64,000 nucleotides of DNA from Patescibacteria group bacterium (GCA_041660005.1 JBAZXG010000006.1:1879-65878), one strand, 5' to 3'. Shown: positions 10,128-21,921, counted from the first letter of the stretch. Translations and numbers: made by a program. Notes: generated by a model from the letters alone, not told the origin.

Positions 10128-12934
10128 AATGCCTTCTTCAAGTACTGCCCCGTATACGACCCATGTACTTTGGCTACATCATGCGGCGTACCCGCAGCCA
10201 CCACTTCGCCGCCAGCAATGCCACCTTCTGGACCGAGGTCAATAACCCAGTCTGCTGACTTAATCACATCCAAATTGTGCTCGATAACTAATATAGAATT
10301 TCCTTTATCAACCAACCGCTGCAAAATAGTGAGGAGATGTTTCACATCCTCAAAATGCAGACCTGTTGTCGGCTCGTCTAAAATGTAGAGGGTTTTACCC
10401 GTGGCGCGACGCGATAACTCAGTAGCTAGTTTTACCCGCTGTGCTTCTCCGCCAGACAGAGTCGTCGCCGGTTGACCAAGGTGGATGTACCCAAGCCCGA
10501 CGTCATAGAGTGTATCGAGTTTGGCTTTAATGGCTGGAATATTCTGAAAAAAGTCTCTCGCCTCTTCAACCATCATATTGAGGACCTCTGCAATATTTTT
10601 ACCACGGTAGTGAATCTCCAACGCCGAAGCATTGTAGCGGGTCCCATGACACTCGTCGCAATCAACGTAGACGTCAGACAAAAATTGCATCTCAATGGCT
10701 ACCTGACCCTCACCCTGACAAGCTTCACATCTGCCACCTTTAACATTAAAACTAAAACGTCCGGGTTTATAGCCGCGAATATTCGACTCGGGAAGCGCAG
10801 CAAAGAGATCACGAATTGGCGTAAAGAGCCCAGAGTAGGTCGCAGGGTTTGAGCGCGGGGTACGACCAATCGGCGACTGGTCGATAGTGATAACTTTATC
10901 AAGATGTTCGAGACCGCGAATGGCTCTGTGTTTCCCGGGATTATCTTTTGTTCGGTAAAACTTCTGCGCGAGCGCCTTGGAAAGAATTTCTGTAACGAGC
11001 GTCGACTTGCCGGAACCGGAAACACCGGACACCACCACTAGTTTCCCTAAAGGAATGGTAACATCAACATTTTTCAAGTTAAACTCTGATGCACCAAGAA
11101 TGGTAAGCTCTTTACCGTTGCCTTTACGACACGCTTTCGGCGCACTGATCACCCGCTTACCCGAAAGATACTGGCCGGTAAGCGAACGAGGATTTTTTGC
11201 CACAGCACTTGGTGTACCTTGTGCGACAATGCGACCACCGTGCTTGCCCGCACCCGGACCAATATCAATAAGTTCGTCTGCGGCCAGCATTGTTTCTTCG
11301 TCGTGCTCCACCACGATCACCGTATTCCCTAAATCACGAAGCGACTTTAAGGTTGCAATAAGCCGTGCGTTGTCTCGCTGATGAAGACCGATCGACGGCT
11401 CATCAAGTATATAGATGACGCCGACAAGGCTCGAACCAATTTGCGTTGCCAAACGAATACGCTGCGCTTCACCGCCGGAAAGCGTTGTAGCAGAACGATC
11501 CAGCGTTAGGTAGTCAAGGCCGACGTTATGCAAAAACGTGAGTCGCGCGCGAATTTCTTTCAAGATTTGTTTGGCTATTTCCTGTTCTTTTTTTGTGAGT
11601 AACGTTTCCTTACTATCAAGGCCAGCAAAAAAATCTATCGCCCGATCGATACTGAGCATGGTCACGTCAGCAATAGAACGATTAGATACCGTCACCCCAA
11701 GTACCTCTGGCTTCAAACGTTTGCCGCCACAGCTCGGGCAAGGAGTAACCCGCATGTATCCTTCAATCTCGCTTCGGAAATAGTCAGAGTCAGTATCCTG
11801 ATAACGTCGCTCGAGGAATGGTATAACGCCCTCGAAGTCGTTTTCTGCATCACCGTAAAATACATAGTCGAGTTCGCTTTTTTTCATGCTACTCACCGGA
11901 ACGGTCAATACAAAATGTCGTCGCTTGGCTACTGTCTCGAGTTTAGACATATGCCAATACTGACTTGCTGCAGAACGCGACCATGGTCGAATTGCCCCCT
12001 CGGCAATAGAGAGGCGCGGGTTTGGGATGACAAGCTCTGGATCAATCTCCTGCTTGGTGCCAAGTCCGGTACATTTAGGACAAGCACCGTGCGGGCTGTT
12101 GAATGAAAAGTTTCTTGGTTCAAGTTCGGGCAAATCAATGCCACAAGTGGCACAGGCCAAGTGTTCGCTCATGAGATGATCGGTTTCACTAGCAACTTCG
12201 TGCACGATAACTAGACCGTTACCGAGATCAAGCGACTGCTCAATTGCTTCTCTGAGTCGTGTGGCGAGTTCACCACTTGCCGCTTTCCCCTGAAGCGGTA
12301 ACTCTAGCCGATCAACTACCACATCAAGACTGTGTTTCTTTTGCTTATCAACGGGCAATGCTTCCGCTTCTTGCAGTGTGTAGAAAAAGCCATCAAAACG
12401 AACCCGAGCGTATCCTGCTTTTTCAACTTCTTTCAATACTTTCTTGTGCTCTCCCTTCTGATCACGGACAACCGGTGCAAGCACCATAATACGTTCCGTG
12501 TTGAGCTTGAGTACTCGCCCCACGATTTGCGCAGTGGTTTGTCGAGAAATTTCTTGACCACATTTCGGGCAGTGAGGGTGACCCGCGCGAGCATACAACA
12601 AACGAAGATAGTCATAAATTTCAGTAACCGTACCAACGGTTGATCGCGGGTTATGGGAAACTGATTTCTGATCAATCGATATAGCCGGCGACAAACCGTC
12701 AATTTGGTCGACATCTGGTTTGTCCATGAGCCCCAAAAACTGTCGAGCGTAGGCAGAGAGCGACTCGACGTAACGGCGCTGACCTTCTGCGTAAATCGTA
12801 TCAAATGCGAGCGACGACTTGCCTGAACCAGAGAGACCCGTCAGCACGACAAGCTTGTCACGAGGAATCGTAACGTCAATATTTTGCAGATTGTGCACCC
12901 GCGCACCTTTAATGACAATGTTACTAGACAGCAT
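10118..12934 (-). CDS. uvrA: Excinuclease ABC subunit A
   Basis: Two ABC domains ([26 protein letters not shown] twice) and Zn fingers. Confidence 0.98.
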   Translation of the reverse strand: MLSSNIVIKGARVHNLQNIDVTIPRDKLVVLTGLSGSGKSSLAFDTIYAEGQRRYVESLSAYARQFLGLMDKPDVDQIDGLSPAISIDQKSVSHNPRSTVGTVTEIYDYLRLLYARAGHPHCPKCGQEISRQTTAQIVGRVLKLNTERIMVLAPVVRDQKGEHKKVLKEVEKAGYARVRFDGFFYTLQEAEALPVDKQKKHSLDVVVDRLELPLQGKAASGELATRLREAIEQSLDLGNGLVIVHEVASETDHLMSEHLACATCGIDLPELEPRNFSFNSPHGACPKCTGLGTKQEIDPELVIPNPRLSIAEGAIRPWSRSAASQYWHMSKLETVAKRRHFVLTVPVSSMKKSELDYVFYGDAENDFEGVIPFLERRYQDTDSDYFRSEIEGYMRVTPCPSCGGKRLKPEVLGVTVSNRSIADVTMLSIDRAIDFFAGLDSKETLLTKKEQEIAKQILKEIRARLTFLHNVGLDYLTLDRSATTLSGGEAQRIRLATQIGSSLVGVIYILDEPSIGLHQRDNARLIATLKSLRDLGNTVIVVEHDEETMLAADELIDIGPGAGKHGGRIVAQGTPSAVAKNPRSLTGQYLSGKRVISAPKACRKGNGKELTILGASEFNLKNVDVTIPLGKLVVVSGVSGSGKSTLVTEILSKALAQKFYRTKDNPGKHRAIRGLEHLDKVITIDQSPIGRTPRSNPATYSGLFTPIRDLFAALPESNIRGYKPGRFSFNVKGGRCEACQGEGQVAIEMQFLSDVYVDCDECHGTRYNASALEIHYRGKNIAEVLNMMVEEARDFFQNIPAIKAKLDTLYDVGLGYIHLGQPATTLSGGEAQRVKLATELSRRATGKTLYILDEPTTGLHFEDVKHLLTILQRLVDKGNSILVIEHNLDVIKSADWVIDLGPEGGIAGGEVVAAGTPHDVAKVHGSYTGQYLKKAFRN

Positions 12935-12940
12935 AAGACA

Positions 12941-13990
12941 CTAGTAACTGGTGCGGGCGCACACGCCAAGGTCTGGCGTATTATCGTAGTGAACATCGCG
13001 CGCATTACAAATTAGGCCAGCTGCGCAGTCACCATGATCGTCACCAATGATTCCATCATTTAAACAGGGTTCTCCTTCTCTCGCCATAGGGAGGCAACAA
13101 CCAGCAAAATCTGAAGGCCATGACAGTAAGGTATAAGGAATTGAGGTCCTTTGTTGGGGTGACTCTTGACTGAAAGGCGCGCAAGACCAGGCCTTATTGC
13201 AAGCATACCCATGCACCGTATCGCACTGAACATCGGCCAAACAATATCCTGCTTGTTTTTGTTCCTTTAACTGAGCTTGGCATTGTGCAAGATTAGAACA
13301 GCTACCTTTCGCACTATTCAGCTGGCAAGTGCTACCGGGATTATTCTTTTGACATATAGACAATGCCGCTTGTTGGCGTTCAGTCTCGCCATAGGAAGCA
13401 AAAGTGCAGGATGGATCAATAGTTTGGCATTCTGCCTGACTTATTGTTTTCTTCTGCACGTTATTTGGACAGGTGCAATCACCGAGTATCGTCGCAGGCG
13501 CATCGGTGCAAGTAGTCGCATTGGCAGTACTGTTACATAAACAACAATAGGTTTCCTGATCAATAACAGGTATACCAACATGACCGATGTTCATTATCTG
13601 ATCGAGCGGTTTAAAAGTTACCAGCGCAGGATTGATTGTATTTAAAAGTACCCAGGAAACAAGCAGCAAAACATAGCCTGAAAGCGCCCCATTAATGTAA
13701 CTTTTTGCCCGTTCAATTTGCGTCGTGTTACCAGCAGACGTTAGCCATAAAAAACCGCCAACAGCCAAAATTATGCCAGCTAACACCCCTGCAGCGTATA
13801 CGGAAAACGTGTAGACCGATAAAATATACTTTCCAATGGTGTCGTTTGCTATGTTAACGGTTGAATTGGCATTTCCAAAACCTGGCAAACCGACTTGCAA
13901 TTTCAGCGATACCGCCAACACTTGGCTGCCAGCCATCAATCCAACAAAAACAAATAGTATAAATAATTGCAGCGCTCTTTTTTTTGTCAT
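12941..13990 (-). CDS. CPR pilin-like (TrbC/VirB2-like) membrane protein with Cys-rich C-terminal extension
   Basis: [28 protein letters not shown]...[10 protein letters not shown] pilin signature followed by many Cys. Confidence 0.8.
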   Translation of the reverse strand: MTKKRALQLFILFVFVGLMAGSQVLAVSLKLQVGLPGFGNANSTVNIANDTIGKYILSVYTFSVYAAGVLAGIILAVGGFLWLTSAGNTTQIERAKSYINGALSGYVLLLVSWVLLNTINPALVTFKPLDQIMNIGHVGIPVIDQETYCCLCNSTANATTCTDAPATILGDCTCPNNVQKKTISQAECQTIDPSCTFASYGETERQQAALSICQKNNPGSTCQLNSAKGSCSNLAQCQAQLKEQKQAGYCLADVQCDTVHGYACNKAWSCAPFSQESPQQRTSIPYTLLSWPSDFAGCCLPMAREGEPCLNDGIIGDDHGDCAAGLICNARDVHYDNTPDLGVCARTSY

Positions 13991-13992
13991 AA

Positions 13993-14742
13993 TTACTGCT
14001 TTGTTGAAGTAAGAAGCATATCGACAACTTGTTGGAACAAATCCTTCGGAATCGCCCCAGCAATTTTATGACCGTTAATAAACCACGTTGGAGTACCCTC
14101 TACGCCGAGCGCCGTACCGTCTGCAATATCTCGCTCAACAACACTTTTATACCGATGACCCGAGAAGCAGGTAGTAAAGCGCTGACTATCGGCTCCAACC
14201 TGGCGTGCGTACGTAAGCAAGCTTGTCTCGTCAAGTGCCGATTGATTAAGAAACAGCCGGTCGTGGTATGGCAAAAATTTATCTTGCTCGGCTGCGCACA
14301 TTGAGGCCTCTGCCGCCAACATTGCGTCTGGATGCAGTGATGCCACAGGAAATTGCCGATACACAAACCTCAAACCATCCGGATACTGTGCCATTAAAGA
14401 CCGTATAATAGGAAAAGACTCCTCACAAAATGGACATTGGAAGTCTCCAAACTCAACGACCGTTACTGGTGCATCGGATCGGCCCACTACCAGACTATCG
14501 CTCCGTATCAACTTTTCTGCGTCGCTCGCGCTTACCGCCGGCGGGAGACTACTTTCGCTAAAAGGGTTTTGATTTTGGCCTGTTGTTGACTGAGATAACC
14601 GAGCGTAAATCCGAGAACTAATAGAGAGAACTAAAAGCACTACTCCGCCCAAAATAAAAAGCAGTGCAATTCCCCACCACCGACGCCACCATGGTTTTGG
14701 TGTTGAAACAGCAGAATAGGATGGAGATAAAAAATCGTTCAC
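13993..14742 (-). CDS. DsbA-family thioredoxin-fold oxidoreductase
   Basis: EFGDFQCPFC, GTPTWFING; N-terminal TM. Confidence 0.92.
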   Translation of the reverse strand: MNDFLSPSYSAVSTPKPWWRRWWGIALLFILGGVVLLVLSISSRIYARLSQSTTGQNQNPFSESSLPPAVSASDAEKLIRSDSLVVGRSDAPVTVVEFGDFQCPFCEESFPIIRSLMAQYPDGLRFVYRQFPVASLHPDAMLAAEASMCAAEQDKFLPYHDRLFLNQSALDETSLLTYARQVGADSQRFTTCFSGHRYKSVVERDIADGTALGVEGTPTWFINGHKIAGAIPKDLFQQVVDMLLTSTKQ

Positions 14743-14868
14743 GTGTTGCCTAATAATGCTCTAAATAGCTACACTATAAGAACCACTGTAACATTCCACA
14801 TACTTTACGGTAAGTATAATAGCGGTGTCCTAGTCTAACATGTTCACCGGGTGCTGTCTACCAATTAT

Positions 14869-15030
14869 ATGAAAAGAAAGGCAACAAAAGAGAATGAATA
14901 TGCAATACCGCAAAATCAAGCGGCTCGTTGGAAACGTCGCGACCGTAAACGTAATCCTACAATGCAGGTCAGCGGTAGAGGAGTAAAACGCTTAGCAGCA
15001 CTGCTGGAAAACAAGAAAAAGTTTGGTTGA
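14869..15030 (+). CDS. Small basic protein (53 aa), below the ORF-track cutoff
   Basis: MKRKATKENEYAIPQNQAARWKRRDRKRNPTMQVSGRGVKRLAALLENKKKFG*, directly upstream of secG. Confidence 0.6.
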   Translation: MKRKATKENEYAIPQNQAARWKRRDRKRNPTMQVSGRGVKRLAALLENKKKFG

Positions 15031-15055
15031 CAGCAGAGGTACAATATGCTACAGT
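15027..15055 (+). promoter_or_regulatory. Sigma70-type promoter for secG
   Basis: TTGACA-17 bp-TACAGT with extended TG. Confidence 0.6.
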
Positions 15056-15112
15056 CATCACTGAGTAATCGTACTTAATTTGCACTGCCCGCAGGGCTTT
15101 TCTTTTTTACCT

Positions 15113-15340
15113 ATGAATCAACTTAAAGCAGCACTCCCGATAATCCAAATAGTTCTCTCGGTACTTCTTATTATTACGGTGCTTCTTCAACAGAGAGGGA
15201 GCGAAGTTGGTGGCGCATTTGGCGGAGCTGGTGGCGCAGTGTATCGAACAAAACGTGGTATTGAAAAAACACTATTTCGCGCGACAATTGTTCTTGGAAT
15301 ACTGTTCGCGGGCGCCTCTCTTCTGCGTCTACTCATTTAG
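15113..15340 (+). CDS. secG: Preprotein translocase subunit SecG
   Basis: VLLQQRGSEVGGAFGG...TKRGIEKTLFRATI; two TM helices; start moved to MNQLK. Confidence 0.93.
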   Translation: MNQLKAALPIIQIVLSVLLIITVLLQQRGSEVGGAFGGAGGAVYRTKRGIEKTLFRATIVLGILFAGASLLRLLI

Positions 15341-15374
15341 GTCTTAGCAAACCGCATGGTTTGCAGGGAACTTA

Positions 15375-17201
15375 TTGAGTACTAAACCTATGAAACAAAG
15401 GGAACCTTTTGATGGCCAAAACACTGAACCGGCGAACCCGGCTTCAGCAAGACGGCACATGGTTTTGCTAAATCAAATTCGTAACCTCTACCAATCTACC
15501 AAGAGCAAACTTCCCACAGTACGGCAACTGGCTCACTGTGGTCTCGTTTTCTCTAAACGAGAACGACAGCTTTTGGCAGGATGCTTTGCTATTATTACCG
15601 CTTCTCTCATTTGGCTCGGGGTTAACCAAGTCAGCGCTCACCTTGTAATAAATCCTGCGGTTGGCGGCGCTTACCAAGAAGCTATTGTCGGTCAACCAAG
15701 CTTTCTCAATCCCATCTTTGCCAACGCACGGGCCGTTGATGTTGATCTTACGCGACTCACCTTTTCCGGATTGATGCGCTACGATGTAAACCTCAAGCCA
15801 GTACCCGACCTCGCTGATTCAGTTACGGTGAGCGACGATGGCAAAACATACACGTTCACCCTTCACGACAACTTGCTTTGGCACGACAACGAAGCACTCA
15901 CCGTTGATGACGTCATCTTCACCTACGAAAGCTTAACTGATCCGGAACTTCGAAGCCCACTCAGCACCACCTTTCGCGGTGTAGTTGTAGAACGCGTAAA
16001 CGACAAAACAGTCCGATTCACTTTGAAAGAACCCTACGCTGACTTTTTAGATACTTTAACTGTCGGAATTATTCCGCAGCACATTTGGGGGAAGATCCCA
16101 GCAGCACAATGGCGACTCGCTGACTTTAATATCCGCCCTGTCGGCAGCGGTCCATGGCAATTCGCTAGTCTCAACCAAGACCGTGATGGTTTTATTAAAA
16201 GCTATACCATGACGCGCGCCGATAGTCGCCCTGTGGCCGGGTATCTTGACCGCCTCGTTTTTAAATTTTTCACCGACGAACCCAGCGCCATCAGCGCCTT
16301 ACGTAACCACAGCGTTGATGGATTCACCCTTCTTTCTTCTGACGGCTTTCGTGAGTTCGCCCGTCGAGATGGCGGCTTTACTCACTACGACCTCCATCTG
16401 CCAGCAGTAAGCGCTGTCTTCTTTAATCTCGGTCAATCAGGACCACTCGGCACTCTCGCTATTCGACAAGCACTTGATTTAGCAGTTGACCGACGCGCTC
16501 TCGTACTAGATACATTGCCCGGAGAAGCCGCTGTCAGCACCGGACCACTGCCAACAATTTCCTACGATGCTGAGACCAAAGAGAGTCCGCATTTTGATAA
16601 AGAGGGTGCAGAAAAATTACTGGACCAAGCTGGCTGGAAACTTGACGGCAATACCAGAAAAAATAAAAAAGGCGATGCACTAGAGATAACGCTCACTATT
16701 CTCGACCGGGATCCCGACCGAACCGCCGGCCAATTTATTCAGACTGCTTGGCAAGCAATCGGCGTTAACACAAAAATTGACCTCATCTCCCCCGCAACAC
16801 CCATGAACGTGCAGAGAACCGTTCTCCGACCGCGCGCTTATCAAGCACTACTCTACACCATTGTCTACGGGGCGCGACCTGATCCTTACCCGTTTTGGCA
16901 TTCATCGCAGCGTGTCGACCCAGGTCTTAACTTATCGCTTTTTAATGATAGCGATGCCGACAAAGCGATAGAAAAAATTCGTCGCTCTAACGACGAAGCA
17001 ATAAGAAACCAAGGATATGATGATCTACGTAAAGCCATCGGCAATGCAGTCCCTGCCGTCTTCCTGTATACGCCAACCAAGGAGTATATTATCAACGATG
17101 ACGTACGCGGTATAACGGTTAACGCTATTGCTAGCTTAGCTGACCGACTCAATAATCTTGACTCCTGGTACATTAAAACAACTCAGCATATCATTTGGTA
17201 A
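15375..17201 (+). CDS. Peptide ABC transporter substrate-binding protein (family 5)
   Basis: PDLA...DGKTYTFTL...WHD...TVDDVIFT, PVGSGPW; exact start uncertain. Confidence 0.9.
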   Translation: MSTKPMKQREPFDGQNTEPANPASARRHMVLLNQIRNLYQSTKSKLPTVRQLAHCGLVFSKRERQLLAGCFAIITASLIWLGVNQVSAHLVINPAVGGAYQEAIVGQPSFLNPIFANARAVDVDLTRLTFSGLMRYDVNLKPVPDLADSVTVSDDGKTYTFTLHDNLLWHDNEALTVDDVIFTYESLTDPELRSPLSTTFRGVVVERVNDKTVRFTLKEPYADFLDTLTVGIIPQHIWGKIPAAQWRLADFNIRPVGSGPWQFASLNQDRDGFIKSYTMTRADSRPVAGYLDRLVFKFFTDEPSAISALRNHSVDGFTLLSSDGFREFARRDGGFTHYDLHLPAVSAVFFNLGQSGPLGTLAIRQALDLAVDRRALVLDTLPGEAAVSTGPLPTISYDAETKESPHFDKEGAEKLLDQAGWKLDGNTRKNKKGDALEITLTILDRDPDRTAGQFIQTAWQAIGVNTKIDLISPATPMNVQRTVLRPRAYQALLYTIVYGARPDPYPFWHSSQRVDPGLNLSLFNDSDADKAIEKIRRSNDEAIRNQGYDDLRKAIGNAVPAVFLYTPTKEYIINDDVRGITVNAIASLADRLNNLDSWYIKTTQHIIW

Positions 17202-17302
17202 AAGCAGACAGCGTCTGGTGTTCGTGCTATCGTAGGCGCAGAACATGATTGACCGTGAGCCGTAGCTGCACTCCCCTAACTAATCGCATCTAACAATACT
17301 GC

Positions 17303-17389
17303 GCAGGCGTGGCGGAACTGGTATACGCGTACGCTTCAGGAGCGTATGGGAGTAATCCCGTGAGGGTTCGAGTCCCTCCGCCTGCACCA
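17303..17389 (+). tRNA. tRNA-Leu(CAG)
   Basis: GCAGGCG acceptor, anticodon arm TACGC-TTCAGGA-GCGTA, long variable arm, GTTCGAG T-loop, CCA. Confidence 0.95.
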
Positions 17390-17575
17390 AAAGGTTAAGG
17401 CAAACCTTCCGGTTTTCCTTAATATTCCTTTCTCTCAGCAGAGGACGTGAAGTAATCATTCCGTGCGCAAGCAGGCAAGCCCTACGGCCTGCGTACTCAT
17501 TCTTACTTCACTCGCGAAGAACAGTTCGAGACAACATCATGCCTGTCCGCCTTTGGCGGAGTTTTCTCGAATATC
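17390..17575 (+). repeat. Modular tRNA-trailing repeat, copy 1
   Basis: Shares TTTTCCTTAATATTCCTTTCyCTCAGCA(T)GAGGwCG and further modules with 23352-23635, 37392-37795 (reverse) and 52800-52872. Confidence 0.85.
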
Positions 17576-17684
17576 TATTCCCTTCCCATTAATTTTTCTT
17601 CGTAATTTATTCTTATTTATTTTATTTTTGGCTGCATCATCCCTGTGAGAACAGCGAGACGCATGCCACCACAACTACATACGT

Positions 17685-19511
17685 ATGACTGAACAGCATA
17701 AGTTCAAAAGCCGCCCACCTCGTGGGCAAGGCCGCCATCGTTACCATGGCGCAAAAACAGTGAGCGGTAACAAAGAGCACCACAAGGAAGAACAAAAAGA
17801 AGACAGCAACCGATTGAGCAAACCGGTCTTGACGAGCGCCACGCCAAAAGGAACCCTACGGGTAATTCCGATTGGTGGTCTCGAAGAAATTGGCCGCAAC
17901 TGCACCGTGTTTGAATATGGCGATGATATCATCGTTGTCGATATGGGCATTCAGTTCCCCGAAGAAGACATGCCGGGTATCGACTTTATTATTCCAAATT
18001 TAAGCTACCTCAAAGGCAAGGAGAAGCGTATTCGAGGTGTCTTTATCACGCACGGACACATGGATCACCTCGGGGCTATACCGTACCTCTTTCAACAAAT
18101 TGGTAATCCACCGGTCTACAGTGCACCACTGACGCTCGGCATCATCCAGCGACGCCAGGAAGAATTTCCGCGTGCACCAAAACTGCACCTGATAAAAATT
18201 GACTCAACGAAACGTGTACCAATAGGCAAGCACTTTGTCATTGAACCGTTCCACGTCAATCACAACATCACCGATTCATTCGGGCTCCTCATTCATACAC
18301 CCGTCGGCACGATTGCTCATACTGGTGACTTTAAGTTTGACTATACCCCGGTTGATGAAAAACCTGCTGAGATTGCACGACTGGCAGAAATTGGTAACAA
18401 AGGTGTTTTGGCGCTCATGGCTGACAGCACCAATGCTACCTCGCCGGGATACCAAATCTCTGAAAAAGACGTCGGGGAAAATCTTGAACAGCTTATTCGA
18501 AAAGCTGATGGACGCATCATTATTGGTGCATTTGCTTCCCTCTTAACACGTCACCAACAAATCATCGACATTGCCGAAAAAGTTGGACGAAAAGTACTTC
18601 TCCTCGGGCGTAGTATTCACAACTACGTTGAAATTGCTCAGCGTCTCAAATACTTTAAGGTACCCAAAGGCATTCTCATTGAAGACGCTGACTTCAATAA
18701 GCTGCCCGACAATAAGGTCCTAGTCATTTGCACGGGCGCCATGGGGCAAAAAAACTCTGCACTTATGCGCATCGCCAGTAACGAACACCGTCTCATTACC
18801 TTAAAAAAGGGCGATACCATTCTCTTTTCCTCCTCGGTTATTCCAGGTAACGAGCGTACCGTTGAACGCCTACAGGATTCGTTGGTGCGCAAAGGCGCTA
18901 ACGTCTATAACAACGCCATGATGGACATTCACTCCGGTGGTCACGCCAAGCAAGAGGATCTCAAACTGCTCCAGCGCCTCATTCGACCCAAATACTTCAT
19001 CCCGATTCACGGTAACCACTTCCGCCTAAAAATTCACGGCGAGCTGGCAACTGAAACGGGCGTTGAACAAAAAAATGTGTTCATTGCAGACAACGGGCAA
19101 GTGATTGAATTCACCAAAGCTGGCGGTCAACTTACGAAAAAACATGTCCCGGCGGATCACGTATTCGTCGACGGACTGGGAGTTGGCGACGTCTCAAATG
19201 TGGTTCTCCGAGAACGTCAGGCCATGGCTGAAGAGGGTATGTTTGTCATTATTACAACGATCGATAATAAGACCGGAAAACTGGTCGGCGAACCCGATAT
19301 TATTTCCCGAGGATTTATCTACATGAAAGAGAACCCTCGATTAATAGAAAAAGTACGCGACAAGGTTAAAAAAATTCTCGAGGACTCAAAAACCGACACG
19401 CCTGCCTTTGACGCTTACATCAAAGAAAAAATTCGCAACGAAGTTGGCCAACTCCTCTACGCGCATACGCGCCGACGACCAATGGTACTGCCAGTAGTAA
19501 ACGAAGTTTAG
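17685..19511 (+). CDS. rnj: Ribonuclease J
   Basis: GGLEEIGRN, ITHGHMDHLG, HTGDFK, HSGGHA, PIHG, RRPMVLPV. Confidence 0.97.
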   Translation: MTEQHKFKSRPPRGQGRHRYHGAKTVSGNKEHHKEEQKEDSNRLSKPVLTSATPKGTLRVIPIGGLEEIGRNCTVFEYGDDIIVVDMGIQFPEEDMPGIDFIIPNLSYLKGKEKRIRGVFITHGHMDHLGAIPYLFQQIGNPPVYSAPLTLGIIQRRQEEFPRAPKLHLIKIDSTKRVPIGKHFVIEPFHVNHNITDSFGLLIHTPVGTIAHTGDFKFDYTPVDEKPAEIARLAEIGNKGVLALMADSTNATSPGYQISEKDVGENLEQLIRKADGRIIIGAFASLLTRHQQIIDIAEKVGRKVLLLGRSIHNYVEIAQRLKYFKVPKGILIEDADFNKLPDNKVLVICTGAMGQKNSALMRIASNEHRLITLKKGDTILFSSSVIPGNERTVERLQDSLVRKGANVYNNAMMDIHSGGHAKQEDLKLLQRLIRPKYFIPIHGNHFRLKIHGELATETGVEQKNVFIADNGQVIEFTKAGGQLTKKHVPADHVFVDGLGVGDVSNVVLRERQAMAEEGMFVIITTIDNKTGKLVGEPDIISRGFIYMKENPRLIEKVRDKVKKILEDSKTDTPAFDAYIKEKIRNEVGQLLYAHTRRRPMVLPVVNEV

Positions 19512-19532
19512 CCCTGAATTTTTCGACTTTCA

Positions 19533-19655
19533 CCATTCGCTATTTGCGATTAGCTATTTGCTATTAGCCATTCGCGATTAGTTCCGACGATTAGTCGGAA
19601 CCCCGATTCAATAAATTTTTCTAATCTAGCGTCGGGGCTATTTGCCATTTGCTAT
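19533..19655. repeat. GCTATTT/GCCATTT heptamer repeats interleaved with hairpins between convergent genes
   Basis: CCATTC GCTATTT GCGATTA GCTATTT GCTATTA GCCATTC GCGATTA; hairpin GTTCCGAC-GATTA-GTCGGAAC; then GCTATTT GCCATTT GCTAT. Confidence 0.75.
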
Positions 19656-20791
19656 CTGCTACTGGACGCGTAAGGTACAAGCGCTCCTTGCTTGACGCGA
19701 TAGAGTGCGAAGTTCGAAAGTATATCCCCGTTACCGTCGAAGGTGATCTGACCACTTGCACCTTTATAGCCAGAGACACTGCTTAGCCCATCACGAACAC
19801 AAGACCCTGAAACCGAGGTACAAGACCGTGCGATGCGTCCGACAATTTCCAGTGCATCAAAGGCCCGTGCCGCGTAAATATGCTCTGGCCGAACAGGTTC
19901 ATGGTAGGTCTTCAAATAAAGGTCCTTGAACCTGTCCACGCTTGCTGACCCTTCAAAAGGAGCACCTACAACCAACAAACCCTCAGCTGCCGTACCAGCA
20001 GCATCAAAAAAGCCCTGTGCACCAAGGAGGGCTGTTGAAGAGATGAACTGCATAGTCAATCCGAGCTCCCGAGCTTGTCGCAAAATGAGCGCCCCTTCAT
20101 TTGGATAACTCGCAAGATAAATCACCTGAGAATTTTTTTGTTTCAACTTTGTTAACTGCATCCGAAAATCCGTATCTCCAATGGTGAATAGCTCCCTGTC
20201 GTTAACAACACCACCTGCTTTTTCAAAAGCATCAGAAAGTGCTTGACTAACACCAACTCCATAATCGTTATTCACTGACAAAAGAGAAATATTTTTTTGA
20301 TTCAGTGTACTCAAAAGGGCATCCGCTACATAACTACCTTCAGCTGACGCTGACGGATAATTTCTAAATGTAAAGTCACTTAGCGTACTATAAAGCGGGG
20401 TTGCTGTTGCCACTCCCATCTGTACAACACGATCGTTATTTACAATCGGAGTAAGCGCCGTACCAACACCAGAACCCCAGGTAAAAACGAGTGGAAATGC
20501 ATACCGAGTTTTTAAACTATTGTATTCACTGATTGCCACCGTTGAATCGCCACCCTGACTATCGCCGTAAACAATGCGAACAGGGGGTCCAGACTGTGCG
20601 TTGAGATCATTTGCTGCAAGCTCTAACCCTCGACGTACCCACTCTCCTTGATCGGCACCGTTGCCTGATAAAGGAAGAATGGCAGCAAGTATAATTTCAG
20701 ACTTCGTTCGTGACCTATACCTTGTCACTACAAATACTGCACTACTCGCTAATAACAAAAGAACAACAAGCAGTAACAACCTCTTATTCAT
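19652..20791 (-). CDS. Branched-chain amino-acid-type ABC substrate-binding protein (LivK-like)
   Basis: LPLSG...GLELA, NNDYG, DFRMQLTKL, GASGQITFDGNGD; no permease genes adjacent. Confidence 0.88.
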   Translation of the reverse strand: MNKRLLLLVVLLLLASSAVFVVTRYRSRTKSEIILAAILPLSGNGADQGEWVRRGLELAANDLNAQSGPPVRIVYGDSQGGDSTVAISEYNSLKTRYAFPLVFTWGSGVGTALTPIVNNDRVVQMGVATATPLYSTLSDFTFRNYPSASAEGSYVADALLSTLNQKNISLLSVNNDYGVGVSQALSDAFEKAGGVVNDRELFTIGDTDFRMQLTKLKQKNSQVIYLASYPNEGALILRQARELGLTMQFISSTALLGAQGFFDAAGTAAEGLLVVGAPFEGSASVDRFKDLYLKTYHEPVRPEHIYAARAFDALEIVGRIARSCTSVSGSCVRDGLSSVSGYKGASGQITFDGNGDILSNFALYRVKQGALVPYASSSR

Positions 20792-21575
20792 CTTTCTTTC
20801 CTAAAATCTTTTTGATCACTCTTCTCAGTTCCTCTTCGCTATAAAAATGAATGGTAAGCGCGCCTGAGCCTTCGTGATCATTGATTTCTACCTTTGTGGC
20901 AAGCTCGCCCTCAAGGAGTCCTCGGTAGTGGTCGAGTAAATCATCCCCATCGTCTTCATTGGACGATGTGGCGTTACTTTTTTGACGCAATTTACGAACT
21001 GCTTGCTCAGTCTCTCTCACTGAAAAATTTCCCGCTACTAAACGGTCAAAAAAACGAATCTGCTGCGGTTCCGGAAGACCGGCGATAACCTTGGCATGAC
21101 CCTCACTGATACGATTGGTACGTAGCGCCTCCTGTATCTGCTCTGGCAAATCGAGCAAGCGCAGCGCATTGGCAACCGCGGAACGCGTTTTTCCAACTTT
21201 TTCAGCAGCGGCAGCCTGCGTCAGTTTAAATTCTTGCATGAGCCGACGAAACGCTTCTGCTCGCTCAATAGGGTTTAAATCTTTACGTTGAATATTCTCA
21301 ACAATAGCCAACGAGAGACGCTCTTGTTCGTCGGCTTTGCGGACAATGACAAAAACTTTTGAAAGCCCAGCTTGCTTTGCTGCTCTAAAGCGGCGCTCGC
21401 CTGCAATAAGTTGGTAGCGACCATTGGGCTCTTCAGTAACAACAAGTGGCTGCAAAATACCGTGCTCTTTAATGGACTGGGCTAGACCAGTAAGCTCCTC
21501 GGCGTTGAACTCTTGGCGTGGCTGCCACGGGTTGGCATCAATGGACGCAAGCGTAATAGATCGCATTTCAGACAT
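20784..21575 (-). CDS. parB: ParB/Spo0J partition protein
   Basis: NPWQPR, GILQPL, IAGERRFRA, ENIQRKDLNPIE, HTH, ISEGHA. Confidence 0.95.
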   Translation of the reverse strand: MSEMRSITLASIDANPWQPRQEFNAEELTGLAQSIKEHGILQPLVVTEEPNGRYQLIAGERRFRAAKQAGLSKVFVIVRKADEQERLSLAIVENIQRKDLNPIERAEAFRRLMQEFKLTQAAAAEKVGKTRSAVANALRLLDLPEQIQEALRTNRISEGHAKVIAGLPEPQQIRFFDRLVAGNFSVRETEQAVRKLRQKSNATSSNEDDGDDLLDHYRGLLEGELATKVEINDHEGSGALTIHFYSEEELRRVIKKILGKKDE

Positions 21576-21746
21576 ACAGAGAGATTGATAACATTAAGTA
21601 TGATCAGTATATAGAGTTATCGGCCGCTTTGACAACGGCAGCATTCACCAATAGAATAACCGAACCCTGATTGATTGACGAAATGCACACCTGATGCCGC
21701 GGTGGCGGAAAATAAAATACAAAAAAAGACGAAGTGTACACTTGAT

Positions 21747-21833
21747 GCCGCGGTGGCGGAACTGGTATACGCGCAGGACTCAAAATCCTGTGGGGGCAAC
21801 CTCGTGAGGGTTCGATTCCCTCCCGCGGCACCA
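21747..21833 (+). tRNA. tRNA-Leu(CAA)
   Basis: GCCGCGG acceptor, CAGGA-CTCAAAA-TCCTG anticodon arm, long variable arm, CCA. Confidence 0.95.
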
Positions 21834-21852
21834 AGTGTACGTTTCATAAGAA

Positions 21853-21921
21853 ATACGCGTCCCGGCACAAAGCCGGGATGGGGGCAACCTCGTGAGGGTT
21901 CGATTCCCTCCCGCGGCACCA
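21853..21921 (+). pseudogene. Duplicated 3' part of tRNA-Leu with a remodelled anticodon arm
   Basis: 21879-21921 is identical to 21791-21833 and is preceded by ATACGCG-TCCCGG-CACAAAG-CCGGGA. Confidence 0.75.
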
